A stretch of DNA of 64,000 nucleotides from Marsupella aquatica (taxonomy: Eukaryota; Plantae; Marchantiophyta): NCBI GenBank assembly GCA_973895155.1, contig OZ316894.1, positions 24,364,709-24,428,708 of the forward strand. Direction: 5' to 3'. Of the stretch, positions 24,384-35,336 are shown piece after piece. The notes under the pieces are model-generated. The model saw nothing but the letters and a program-made list of their open reading frames with translations, searched no databases and was not told where the DNA came from. Positions within the stretch are counted from its first letter, which is position 1; each line of letters starts with the position of its first letter. Made by a program: the position numbers and the translations under genes.

Positions 24384-27300
24384 ATGTTCAGTTGGTATTC
24401 AGGCGCGGGCTCTTCGAGCGCGTCTAGCTCGAAGAGACTCAAAGTAGATGCTCGGAAGGTGTGCTACTCTGTAAACCCAAATTCTCTCATGACATTGTGT
24501 TACTCGCTCCAGTCTTTCTTACAAGTGAAGAGATTGAATTTTCTATACACTGCTGCCTGCATTGGTGAACGAGAAAGTATTAAAAGAATAATAAGATGTT
24601 GAGGGAGTGATTGTGGTCACTTTGACAATCTATCACTTAATATCCTCAAGCCGTGTTTATGGTGTTCTCTCTAGACTGTTAAGGTGAAGCTCATAAAACT
24701 GTGTCCGATAATAGTTCCCTTGTTTTTGGATTGGTTATCCTGGCAGGTGAATGATTCCTTGTTTGAGTTGAGGAAGCCATCAGGCACTCCGACCATGGAG
24801 ATTTTGTTTTTCCATGGCCTCCAATTTGGGGACTTATCAGATGCACATCTACGCACTTGGGAAAGTGAGGATGGTTGCTCCCTCTGGCCTCAAAAGTGGT
24901 TGGTGGAGGAGTTTCCTACAGCTCGTATATTATGTGTTTCCTACCATGGGGGTGTGGAGAAGAGCTCTGGCGGGAGCTTTGACATGCACATCATAGTTGA
25001 AAACCTGCTCTCTGATTTCATGCAGGAAGGCATAGGACAAAGTCCCAATTGTCCTGTTGTCTTGGTTGGTTATTGTTTCGGAGGCTTGGTGATAAAAAAA
25101 GTCTGTTTGCAAGCAAATATTAACCAAAAGTTTGTAAGAGTTGAGAGTGAGAAGTCAAAGATGGAGACTTTCCTTGAGAATGTGAAAGGAGTGTTTTACT
25201 ATGGTACTCCTCACCATGGGATTCCTTGCATAGACAGATTGATAAATTCCTCTCAGAGCCCGTTGCTGACTTATTTCAGAACGTTGAGCAAAGAGGCGGT
25301 CAGGCTGGATTACGAATTTGATCAGCTATGTAGAGTTTATACTAAGTGGAAAATCCATGGACTCGGAGAAAATCTGCCCACAAAATTGGTATGGAGAAAC
25401 TCATTACCTTCCTCAAGTATGTAATGGTTTGGTATCTTGCATCTAGTTACTCCAATACTTCTAGCATCTTTCATGACTAGTTTCATCTGTCAAGCAAGTT
25501 GTTTTGACCACGCAATTTAGCAACAAGGGGACCCTGCTTCTCCATCGTTATTAACGCTGTGACTTGACACCATAAAGATCCTTCCCATTCAGAGGTTTTA
25601 ATACAATTTGCTTATTCCAAAGTCACGTTTTCACAGCAAACGCGAACCAACAGTTTGTTCTGTTTAGATTCCATTGGTTCCTTGGATATTTTAGTTGTAA
25701 AGCACCCAGGCGCCATTTTGACAGCTTTGTAAGATTTCCATCACTTAGATGGGTGCCTAAGTGCCTGGAAAGCTAAGATCTTTGCCTGGGATCTAAGTGA
25801 TTGAAATCACCCTAAACTCTATAACTTAGATGGGTGATTTCCATGTCTCTAATACTTTTGGGATGTCCTGCTCTGTTGTGTTTGTGCATGCAGGGCCTAT
25901 TTTATGGTATTGTAGCCGCACCAGAAGAATCTGCAAGGAAAGGAGATCATTTTAATGTTTTTCCAGCAGATCATTTGTCTATTTGTAAGCCACATGCTCA
26001 AACAGACAGGAGGTTCTATGCCCTGACAGACCTTCTTCACATCATTACAAAGAACTCCAAGGTGAAATAGCTCTATCCAATACTTGCACGTACAGAAGAT
26101 ATTCAGGTTCAAGTGCTTACTATGCAATAAATGTGGCTTTAGTTCTCAGAGCAAATATTTATCCAAAGTACAAGCTTGCAGTGCAAGGCCCTACACTGTA
26201 AATGCATTATAGTTGGCCAATCTTCAAGCTGCAGTTACTTTGGCGATTTAGTTGCTACTCAATCCGGCTGTGCATCTGATTAAATTGAAACTATGTGATC
26301 TCTTCAGGTTGTGGTTCCTATTCATGAAACTCATGGACTTCCGGACTATCCTATTGAATTGGAGAGGGGTGCTGCAGATTTGATGCACAAGCTAAGTAGT
26401 GGAGCTATTCTTGGTATTTTTGGCATGGGGGGGATAGGCAAGACTACCCTCGCAAAGCAAATGTTTAACACAATGTCAAAAGACTTCGAATATACTTGCT
26501 TTGCTGATAATGTCAAAGGCATCCAATTGCACGAATTGGAAGACTGGCTTCTAAAACATTTTCATCAAAGTGGAAAAAGGTGTGATGAGGCTAGAACACA
26601 GTGGTCTGACTTGAAGGAGAAGAAGACATTAATTGTCATGGATGACACGGACTCTGAATCTCAGTTGAAAGTTCTGCCCAAATTGCAATATTTTGGAAAA
26701 GGCAGTTGTTTGATCATGACCAGCCGTGACAAGGAAGTTTTTAAGTTTTATGAGAATTGTTTCATCTACGAGGTTGATTTTTTGAAGGAGGATGATGCAA
26801 AGAAGCTCTTCTGCCAACATGCATTTGGTCCAGAAGGCATTCCGGACATTTTGAAGGAAAATGTCAATGCGATGGTCAAGAAATGTGATGGGTTGCCGTT
26901 AACCTTGGAAGTGTTGGGTCGATACCTTAGAGGCCATGCAACAAATGCTAAAGTGTGGGCGGAGACCATAGACAGGCTTCGAAATGTGCAAGCCATCGGG
27001 GGGGCTAGAAGGGACAGAGTGTGGACTTCAATGAGGGTAAGCTATGATGACCTCTCAGAACAGGAACAAGAGATGTTCATTGATGCCGCCCTGGTTTTCT
27101 TTCAAAAGCCATTGTATTGGGCCCTTGCAGCATGGAGCATTCCTGGTGGAAATGAAGAGACAACGTGGGCAAACTTGGTGAGCAGGTCGTTGGTGAAGGA
27201 AATTAACAATGCGGTTTGGGTTCATGAGCACCTGCGAGACCTTGCTGAGAATATTTCCCAGGGCATCATGGTATCAAACAGTGGAAGTGCAAACATGACA

Positions 27301-30300
27301 GTGGACATGCTAAATGCCAAAAAGGTAGGCGCTATTCTCATTGAAGTGTTGTCCAATCAAGTCGGGCTGGTTTGTGAAAATTGCATCAAATTGGTCTTCT
27401 CCGCTCGGCTGTCGTTCACTACAACTCTGCTACCTCATCCTCCAATACTTATTAAATTCATGTGACTGCAGGCAAAAGCAGAGATCAAATCCTTGCTGCT
27501 CGAGTATATGTTTGAAAGGAATGACACAATCATTCGCTCTCCGGATGAGCTCAGAACGACACTTCAAGTCGACTCCTTAGCTGGACTACAAAAATTGAAA
27601 TACATTGAGTTTAAAGGTGTTCTTTGCGAAGGTGAGGGAAAAGATCTCACAAGAAATCTCTCCCTTCTCAAATGGGACAGCAAAAATAGTCGATACGGAT
27701 CTCATATCGTTTACTCGACAAGGCCACAAAGTATGCAGAAATTTCAGATCAGCATCAACAAAATGAATTACTTAGCTATCCTTGAGCTAAAAAGTTTTGT
27801 GATCCCCGAAGCATTCCCCGCAGCATTAGGGGACCTCACCAACCTGCGCATTTTATCGCTGCGTGACTTGAAAGGGTTGGACCATCTCCCTGAAAATTTT
27901 GGCAATCTCTCTCGCTTAAGACGGCTTAAGCTAATGGATCTATGTTCGTTGATGTTGCCCCAATCATTTAGCAACCTACTGGCCCTTGAGCGTCTTACGT
28001 TTCGCCGCATAAAATCTTTGCACTTCCCGGAATCTTCAGGGGATGTTTCCTCCCTGGTGCTGTTGAGAATCCCCGACTCCTCCAGCCGTCGTCTCCCATT
28101 ACTGAAAGAATTGTTCATCGACAGCTGCCCATTAATCAGGTGTCTACCCGATTTTTTGTCCCGACTCTCGGGACTCCAAAAACTGGTCATAACGGATTGT
28201 CCTGGTTTAGCAGAGTTGGGGGATGCCTTCAGCAAATTATCCTCTTTGCGAGAATTAGATCTGATTAGGTTGGGTATTCAAGAGCTTCCTGTGAGTTTCG
28301 GGCTTCTCTCTGCGCTGGAAGTATTACGTATTAGGAGAGCTGGAAGATTAAGAAGTTTGCCGGACTGGTTTGGCCAGTTGACTGCAGTAAAGGAGTTGGA
28401 AATTGAATTGGAGGAGCTGGAGACTCTACCCAACAGTTTTTGCTTTTTAAAGTCTCTGGAGGGTTTGACTATAATGTGTCCTAAATTAGAAAGATTGCCG
28501 GACAGTCTTGGGGAGCACACTCGGTTGGAGAAATTGCATCTCACGGTCGAGAGGGTGCAGGCTCTCCCGTTGAGTGTGGGCGACTTGTTTTCATTGCGTG
28601 ATTTGGTGTTCAGTTCTTCGTTTGCTAAGCTGGTCCCTGATAGCTTAGGGCAGCTATCTTCATTGAAAACTTTAAAATTAGAATGCCCTCGTTTGGAGAA
28701 GTTTCCCGACAAGTTGGGGAAGCTCTCCTCACTCGAAGAGTTGTCGATTTCTTCATCAAGCTTGGTCACCCTGCCAGAGACTTTAGTGCAGTTGTCTTCC
28801 ATGAAGACTTTAAGCTTGTCATGCGAGAAGATGGCAAAGTTGCCAGACGTTTTAGGAAAACTCTTCTCGCTGGAAGCGTTGTCAATTTCCTTGCCAATCT
28901 TGGAGAGTCTACCGGAGAGCATACGACAGCTTCATAATTTGAAGAAACTGACTCTACGGAGGGCTAACAAATTGAAAAGTTTGCCAGACGATTTCGGCCA
29001 GCTCATCGCTCTGCAGGCACTCGAAATCGACGCTGCTGAGCTGCTGACGTCCCTACCCGACAGTATATGCCTTCTAAACTCTCTTCAGAAGTTGAGAATA
29101 AATTGTTCTAAACTGGGAAGTTTGCCGGACAAGTTGGGGAAGCTCTCCTCACTCGAAGAGTTGTCGATTTCTTCATCAAGCTTGGTCACCCTGCCAGAGA
29201 CTTTAGTGCAGTTGTCTTCCATGAAGACTTTAAGCTTGTCATGCGAGAAGATGGCAAAGTTGCCAGACGTTTTAGGAAAACTCTTCTCGCTGGAAGCGTT
29301 GTTTCAATTTCCTTGCCAATCTTGGAGAGTCTACCGGAGAGCATACGACAGCTTCATAATTTGAAGAAACTGACTCTACGGAGGGCTAACAAATTGAAAA
29401 GTTTGCCAGACGATTTCGGCCAGCTCATCGCTCTGCAGGCACTCCAAATCGACGCTGCTGAGCTGCTGACGTCCCTACCCGACAGTATATGCCTTCTAAA
29501 CTCTCTTCAGATGTTGAGAATAAATTGTTCTAAACTGGGAAGTTTGCCGGACAAGTTGGGGAAGCTCTCTTCACTAGAGGAGTTGTCGATTACTTCATCA
29601 AGCTTGGAGAGCCTGCCAGAGAGTTTAGTGCAGTTGTCTTCTATCAAATCTTTAAGCATATCATGCGAGAAGATAAAAAAATTGCCAGAGACTTTAGGAA
29701 TGCTCTCCTCACTAGAACACTTGCATATTATTTCATCAAGCTTGGAGAGCCTGCCCAACAGCATAATGCACTTGTCTTCCATGAAGACCTTAAGCTTGTC
29801 ATGCGAAAAGATGGAGAAGTTGCCAGAAAGTCTAGGAAAACTCTCCTCACTGGAAGTATTGTCGATTTGCTTGCCGATCGTGGAGGGTTTACCGGAAAGC
29901 ATCGGACAGCTTCATAATTTGAGGAAACTGAGTTTAGAGAAGGCTAACAAATTGAAAAGCTTGCCGGAAATTTTTGGCCAGCTTATCGCTCTCAAGGGCC
30001 TGAGAATACATGCTGATGGGCTGCAGACACTGCCGGAGAGTTTTTCCTTTCTCAAGTCTCTCGAGCGATTGTCAATAGAAGCTTCTAAATTGGAGAGCCT
30101 GCCCGAAAGTTTAGGAGAGTTCGGTGAGCTCACTTCTTTGTTTCTTCACGTCGACAGCGTGCAGGCTCTCCCTTTCAGTTTGAGGAAGTTGTCTTCACTT
30201 CGATATTTGATACTCACGTCTAAGGTTCTTAAGCTCCTCCCTGAGAATTTAGGGCAACTGACTTCGTTGAAACACTTAGCATTAAATTGTCTTAATGTGG

Positions 30301-30989
30301 AGACGCTACCGCATGCTCTTGGGCAGCTCTCTCAGATGACAAACTCATCAATCCAGAGTTTACCGGAGAGCAGGTGGCAGCCTCCTTCTCTGAGCAGTTT
30401 GACTCTTGTAGCGGGAAAAAGTGCGAGGAGCCTATTGGGTGGAATTGGACAAATGTCATCGTTGCGAAGGTTTCAATTTGATAGCGACGGGCATGAGGAG
30501 ACACTGGACCTCTTTGCACACTTTTCGAGTTTTGCACATAAGCTAATTCTCACAGGGCGCAATACACGGATCCTCCCGGCAGGTTTGGGTAGCCTTTCAT
30601 TGTTGAAGGACCTGACTCTTGAAAACCTGGAAATAATGAAGACATTACCGGATGAAATTGGAGCACTCTCTTCTTTAGAGAGGCTCACAATTAGATCTTG
30701 TCATGCGTTGGAGAGCCTTCCGGACAGTTTAGGGCAAGTTTCTTCTCTAATAGTCGTCAGGCTTGAGATTTGCGGGAGACTCAAGAGTCTGCCAGACTCC
30801 TTGGGAAGGCCCTTCTCGACTCAACAGGCATTGCTGCAAGAAAACCAAAGTGACGAGATCAGGGAGCAAGCAGAGGAGTCCTCCAATACAAAGAAAACGG
30901 AGGCAATGCGGCTAGTCATTACAAGTTGTCCTTTACTTGATGACTCGGTGCTGGACAGTTTGGGCTGGATGTTGATGTCCAAATCATAG
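24384..30989 (+). CDS. Alpha/beta-hydrolase-NB-ARC-LRR immune receptor (HNL class); exons 24384-24458, 24747-25388, 25894-26061, 26308-27324, 27472-30989; +2 frameshift at ~29303
   Basis: Hydrolase motifs ILFFHGL, WPQKWL..EFPTARIL, VLVGYCFGGLVIK, FYYGTPHHG, DHLSICKP; NB-ARC P-loop GMGGIGKTTLA, kinase-2 LIVMDDTD, RNBS-B GSCLIMTSRD, GLPLTLEVLG, MHD-like VHEHLRDLA; long array of ~23-aa LRRs; all introns GT-AG, phase 0. Confidence 0.93.
28708..29549 (+). repeat. Near-identical 420-bp tandem duplication (6 LRRs) inside the NLR
   Basis: 28708-29127 vs 29128-29549; I see only a TT insertion and two substitutions; a more diverged third unit starts at 29550. Confidence 0.95.
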
Positions 30990-32436
30990 CTATTATTATT
31001 ATTCACAGCGATCCCTCTCTGTTCCATATTGCGTTGGACCGGAGAGGTGCTACGAACGATATCTGCGAAGTGAGGACAGAGCCCGTGGTTGAGTCAGGTC
31101 AGGAACCTGCAATCATTGTGTGAATTCAATCCTTGCAGTTACTTCAATCGATGGAAGAAGGCGGATATAATGGCCCACAACTCTCGTGAATTTTGTTACA
31201 CTGGTAGATTTTGCAGTGTGTATGTGCCTTGATTTAAAGAAGTTTGTTTTGAATTACCTTCGAGCAGTTCCTTCATGGATTCATCGATAACGTCAGGAAC
31301 AGCTGCGATTCCCGTTTAAGTATTAAGCTGATCTCTAGCATGGATACAGATATGCCGGAAATGACAGTGAGCTCTGTTGAATTTTTGTTATAAAGGCAAG
31401 CTTCGGCCAAGTATCTTGCGGTTCACACGCTCTGCATATGGTCGCTCGCGTCTAAATTGTTAACTTCAGTCAATTGGTTTGTCTTGCAGGTTTGAAATGC
31501 AGCATCCACTCCATGGTTCAGATGATCTGCATTTGTCCCGTTTGGAGAAACCTAATTGTCAAAGTATGAGCACAACATTAAGGTGGAGCTTGACATAGTT
31601 CAGCAACGGTTTTCTCACCGAATCGATGGGGTTTCTTTTTATGGGAATTATGCAGACAGTACGTCTTGCCATGGGCAGATGTTTGACTTCGGCGAGTATG
31701 CATTATGTTTTCAAGCTAGGTTTCTGTGAAAGAAGCATGGGGTAATGAAATCGTCAGCAGTGCTTTCTAGGTGGGCCAGGCACATGGCATTTGACTCAGA
31801 GTATGTGTTGCACAAAAGTCAGAACACAGCAGAAGAACAAAGATGTACTACACTTTCAATGAAGGGAGACTTTCCTGCATTTCCCTTTCGAAGTCTTTGG
31901 ATGTCCTGTTATCTTTGATTTAGGACTTTGCAGGCTGCCACGTTGGAGGGTACTTCAGAATGTGCCAACCGCAAACAGAAAATCTACCTCGGGGAAGTTC
32001 TGGCGCATTAAAGTAGTAAGTTGTTCTCCCAAACCTTGTTGTAGCTTTCAAACAGTTGCTCCCAGTTTTTTCTAAGCTCTGAACTGTTGACTTTACGAGT
32101 ACATCTCGAATAGAGCGACCGGGAGGTGCTGGAATTCTATAGTTGGCTTATGCATCAAGTACATGTTATCTTGCAGCTATCAGAGTCACCCTGGCTACTA
32201 TTGAGGACGACCAAAAGGTATTACTAATGAGGACCAACATTGCCATGAGGTTCCTGACATGCAAAATGATGAGCTGCCTCATGATGGGGTTTCTTGCTTA
32301 TAATATGTCGCAAATTGATCATGAGTTGAAATCTGGATAAGTGCCATATTCAACACTCGCAATGCTTCTGCTCTGTCCCACCAACCAACCAATTATGTGG
32401 ATGTCATTATTTTCCAATTGCATCGTGTCCTTGTTA

Positions 32437-32785
32437 TGTTAGGATTTATTCTTAGGTCTAGAATTACGACTGTATTGTAGTTAAGGTTAATCTTAGTCGT
32501 AAACTTGATTAGGTTAATTATGCTGCGCACACTCTATAACCAAACAATGTTTGTTTGAAGAGTGAAACTCAGGTTCATTGTTACGAAGTTAGTTAAGAGA
32601 TAGAGAAAGCTTACGCTGTGGATACTTGATATGGTTGGTCGATCTAGAGTGCAATAAAGCTCATGTGTGTTCCCGTGGACGTAGTCTCATGTGGAGATGA
32701 ATCACATATTTCTCTGTGTTAACTCTTGTGCGTTGGATGATTCATGGACTTGCCGTTACGATTGTCGTCTATGCTATACATAACT
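32437..32785 (+). mobile_element. Copia-like solo LTR (349 bp) with 5-bp target-site duplication TGTTA
   Basis: Begins TGTTA and ends TAACT (one change from TAACA); TGTTA at 32432-32436 and 32786-32790; internal TATAA, AATAAA and cccgtggacgtag...tgaatcac, a motif typical of plant copia LTRs. Confidence 0.7.
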
Positions 32786-34874
32786 TGTTATTTTTGTCCT
32801 GAGTTTGTTTTGTGATCTCCCAATTGCGTCGCAACACAGAGTTTGTGCCTCTGGACATAAGTATGTATCATTTTCCTTATTTTGAATTCACTTAGCAGCC
32901 AATCAAACCAGGTCCATGGTCTGCAGGCATTCAGAAAGCCTTGAATAATCTTTATGATATGTGTTTCAGCAAAGTTGGTTTCCTTTTGGTTGCATTGTTT
33001 GAAAACCATACGTAAGTTTTCTCGAGCGTGGAAGGACAGTGGAGGAGACCGGGGGTACCAAGTAACATGTAGATAATATGTGACGTAAGAATGTACTCAT
33101 ATTCTTTAGATTAGAGTCTTGCAAAAGGGAGAATGGGGAAAGGAGTTGTCTATTATAGTAAAGAATCGCTTGCTTTGATTGTCTTAGGTGGCCTGCACGT
33201 CAAAGAGTACTTAGATAGTGCACCAAGATTAGTCAGATTATTTGAGGGCAGAGCGTCTTAGCTAGCCTGGGCTCTTCAATATTTGTTAAATAGATTGAAT
33301 GATTTGTTGAGTAACTTGATCAATTTCCTGACTTGTACCTGAGAATTCCTGAAGAACGTACTTGGCGGCCTCCAGTGGAATCCAGCTGCTTCCTTGGTGT
33401 TTTCAGCTTTCAGTTCCAAATCGGCTTGTTTTGCCACCCACCGATCTAGAAACTCGTCGCATCGTGTTCTCCCATGGTCTGAAGGCCCAAAGAAAGAAGG
33501 CTTTTGGAACTGTTATGGGTTTAAATTTGTCCCAAGTTTGAATCGCTTTGAAACGATTGCTCACTCCATCAGGTGCTCGAATCTCTGGAGTGAGGACTTA
33601 TTAATCAAACAAATTGATATGGTCGTATTGCAAGTGTTCTCCAAACGACCCTCCGGCTACTTAACAGGCATCATATCTCCTGATGGCCGGTTCTTGACCC
33701 ATTATCATGGGGTTTAAATCGTGGAGTTTAAGCTAGACATTGATTCCTCTCTTACTCTTTCCGAGACCACTTTGTTGGCTATTATCAAACGAGAAATCTG
33801 AAATTTGTCCTTGGGCGCCTTGACCATTTCCTCATCCTGTTCTTACGTGCTTTTGATGCCCGCTCCTTCAGGATGGATTTGTCCTTTCGGGTACAGCAGT
33901 GAGGAGGAAAATATCCTGCTGCCAATGCATTTGGTTCACTTGTTTATCTTTTGTTAGGTATAGATGTTGAGAGGTGATTCGAGATGTTTCGTGCTGAGAA
34001 AAGGCCTTCAAACAAAACTGGCTCTGCTCTACACTCGTGAACGGGGAGCAACTGAAGATCCAACAGACAGCACGTGAATGGAAACAGGCTCCACACACGC
34101 CAATAAACGGAGAAACCAAGAACATGGATACCAATGCGGAGAAACCAAGAACATGGATACCAATATCAAGTCTGCAGATAGAAAAGCGCCATGTCTGTAT
34201 CGACGGGTCTGGAATGGTTTTTGCGTTTATGCATTTTGCTTATCAAGTGGTCGTGCACTATTGTAGCTGATTGGGTAATTTTTTGACTATCTATTGAATC
34301 AAATCTAACTTCAATTGCGACGGATCCTGGAAGTTTAAATCGTAAATTTTGCCCGAATTCTTGTGTTTAATCTTTGAGGATCACGCCTCTAGAGTTTTAA
34401 GGCGTAATTGATATTTCGGATTGCTGCAGCTCGACGACGATCATGCCGAGGCATGGTCGTAGCGTACAATTTAATTAGAACCAGCTGTTTGTTTTGGACT
34501 CGACTGGTACTAGAACACAAAAAAGCGCAAAGGTCGCACCGACGGAACTTTTCTGATCGAGGTGAATACTAGTGAGCTTCGGAAAAGCCTACTAACGATT
34601 GAAAGGCAGTCGCCCACGTACGTGAATCCATCCAATCAAAAAGCCTCAGATGTCTTGTGACAGAAGCCTACTGTGATCGTTTGGCTGCTTTTCAAAGTCT
34701 CAATCTCAATACAGATGAACTATTGCACAAGGAACGTGAAGACCTCAATTGACATAAACCTGCCGCCCCGCCTGCAGTTCTCCACCTCCCAGCTAGGCTG
34801 TTCAATTGGAGATATATTAACAAGAGTGTTTGAAAGTGTCTCACTGTACTAGCGGGCGGTCAGGACTCAAGAAA

Positions 34875-35336
34875 ATGAAGAGCGTTCCTGAGTTCCTCGT
34901 CCCAGGTGTAGGTCTACTCCTGATACTCAGTATATGCATTGCTGCTCTCGAACCTGTTGTATCGACGCGATGGGAGCCCAATGCAAGCAATATAGATGAT
35001 TATACCGGTCTCTCGTGCCAGACCGACAGCTCTAGCCCTGGGGTAGGCGATGCGACCGCCTGCTCTACTACTCTCATCTCTCTGGGTAACCAAGGCATTC
35101 AGTGCTGTCAAACTGATTGCTCCACTCCCGCCGGATACAGCTGCACCACTATGTTGATTTCTGGATCAGCGGCCACTGACATATGTGGCAACTGCGGAGC
35201 TTGTGTCCCATGTGACCAAGCTGGGAACTCCCTTGGGAATATCATCTCGAACTGTGCATCGGCCTCGGGCCAGGTCTCAGGCTACATTTTTGGCTTCACA
35301 GATCCTTCAATGTATGTTAGTGTCTATCACGCTTGA
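34875..35336 (+). CDS. Secreted cysteine-rich protein (153 aa), resembles fungal KP4/Ecp2-like small secreted proteins
   Basis: Intronless; hydrophobic signal peptide; 11 Cys after the signal; pattern CQTDSSSP...D...C...L...CCQT...SCTTM...GSAATDICG...C..AG...I...C...GQVSG. Confidence 0.75.
   Translation: MKSVPEFLVPGVGLLLILSICIAALEPVVSTRWEPNASNIDDYTGLSCQTDSSSPGVGDATACSTTLISLGNQGIQCCQTDCSTPAGYSCTTMLISGSAATDICGNCGACVPCDQAGNSLGNIISNCASASGQVSGYIFGFTDPSMYVSVYHA

Noticed and set aside
27768-30688. Several long minus-strand ORFs
   Set aside because: Antisense shadows of the Leu/Ser-rich LRR exon
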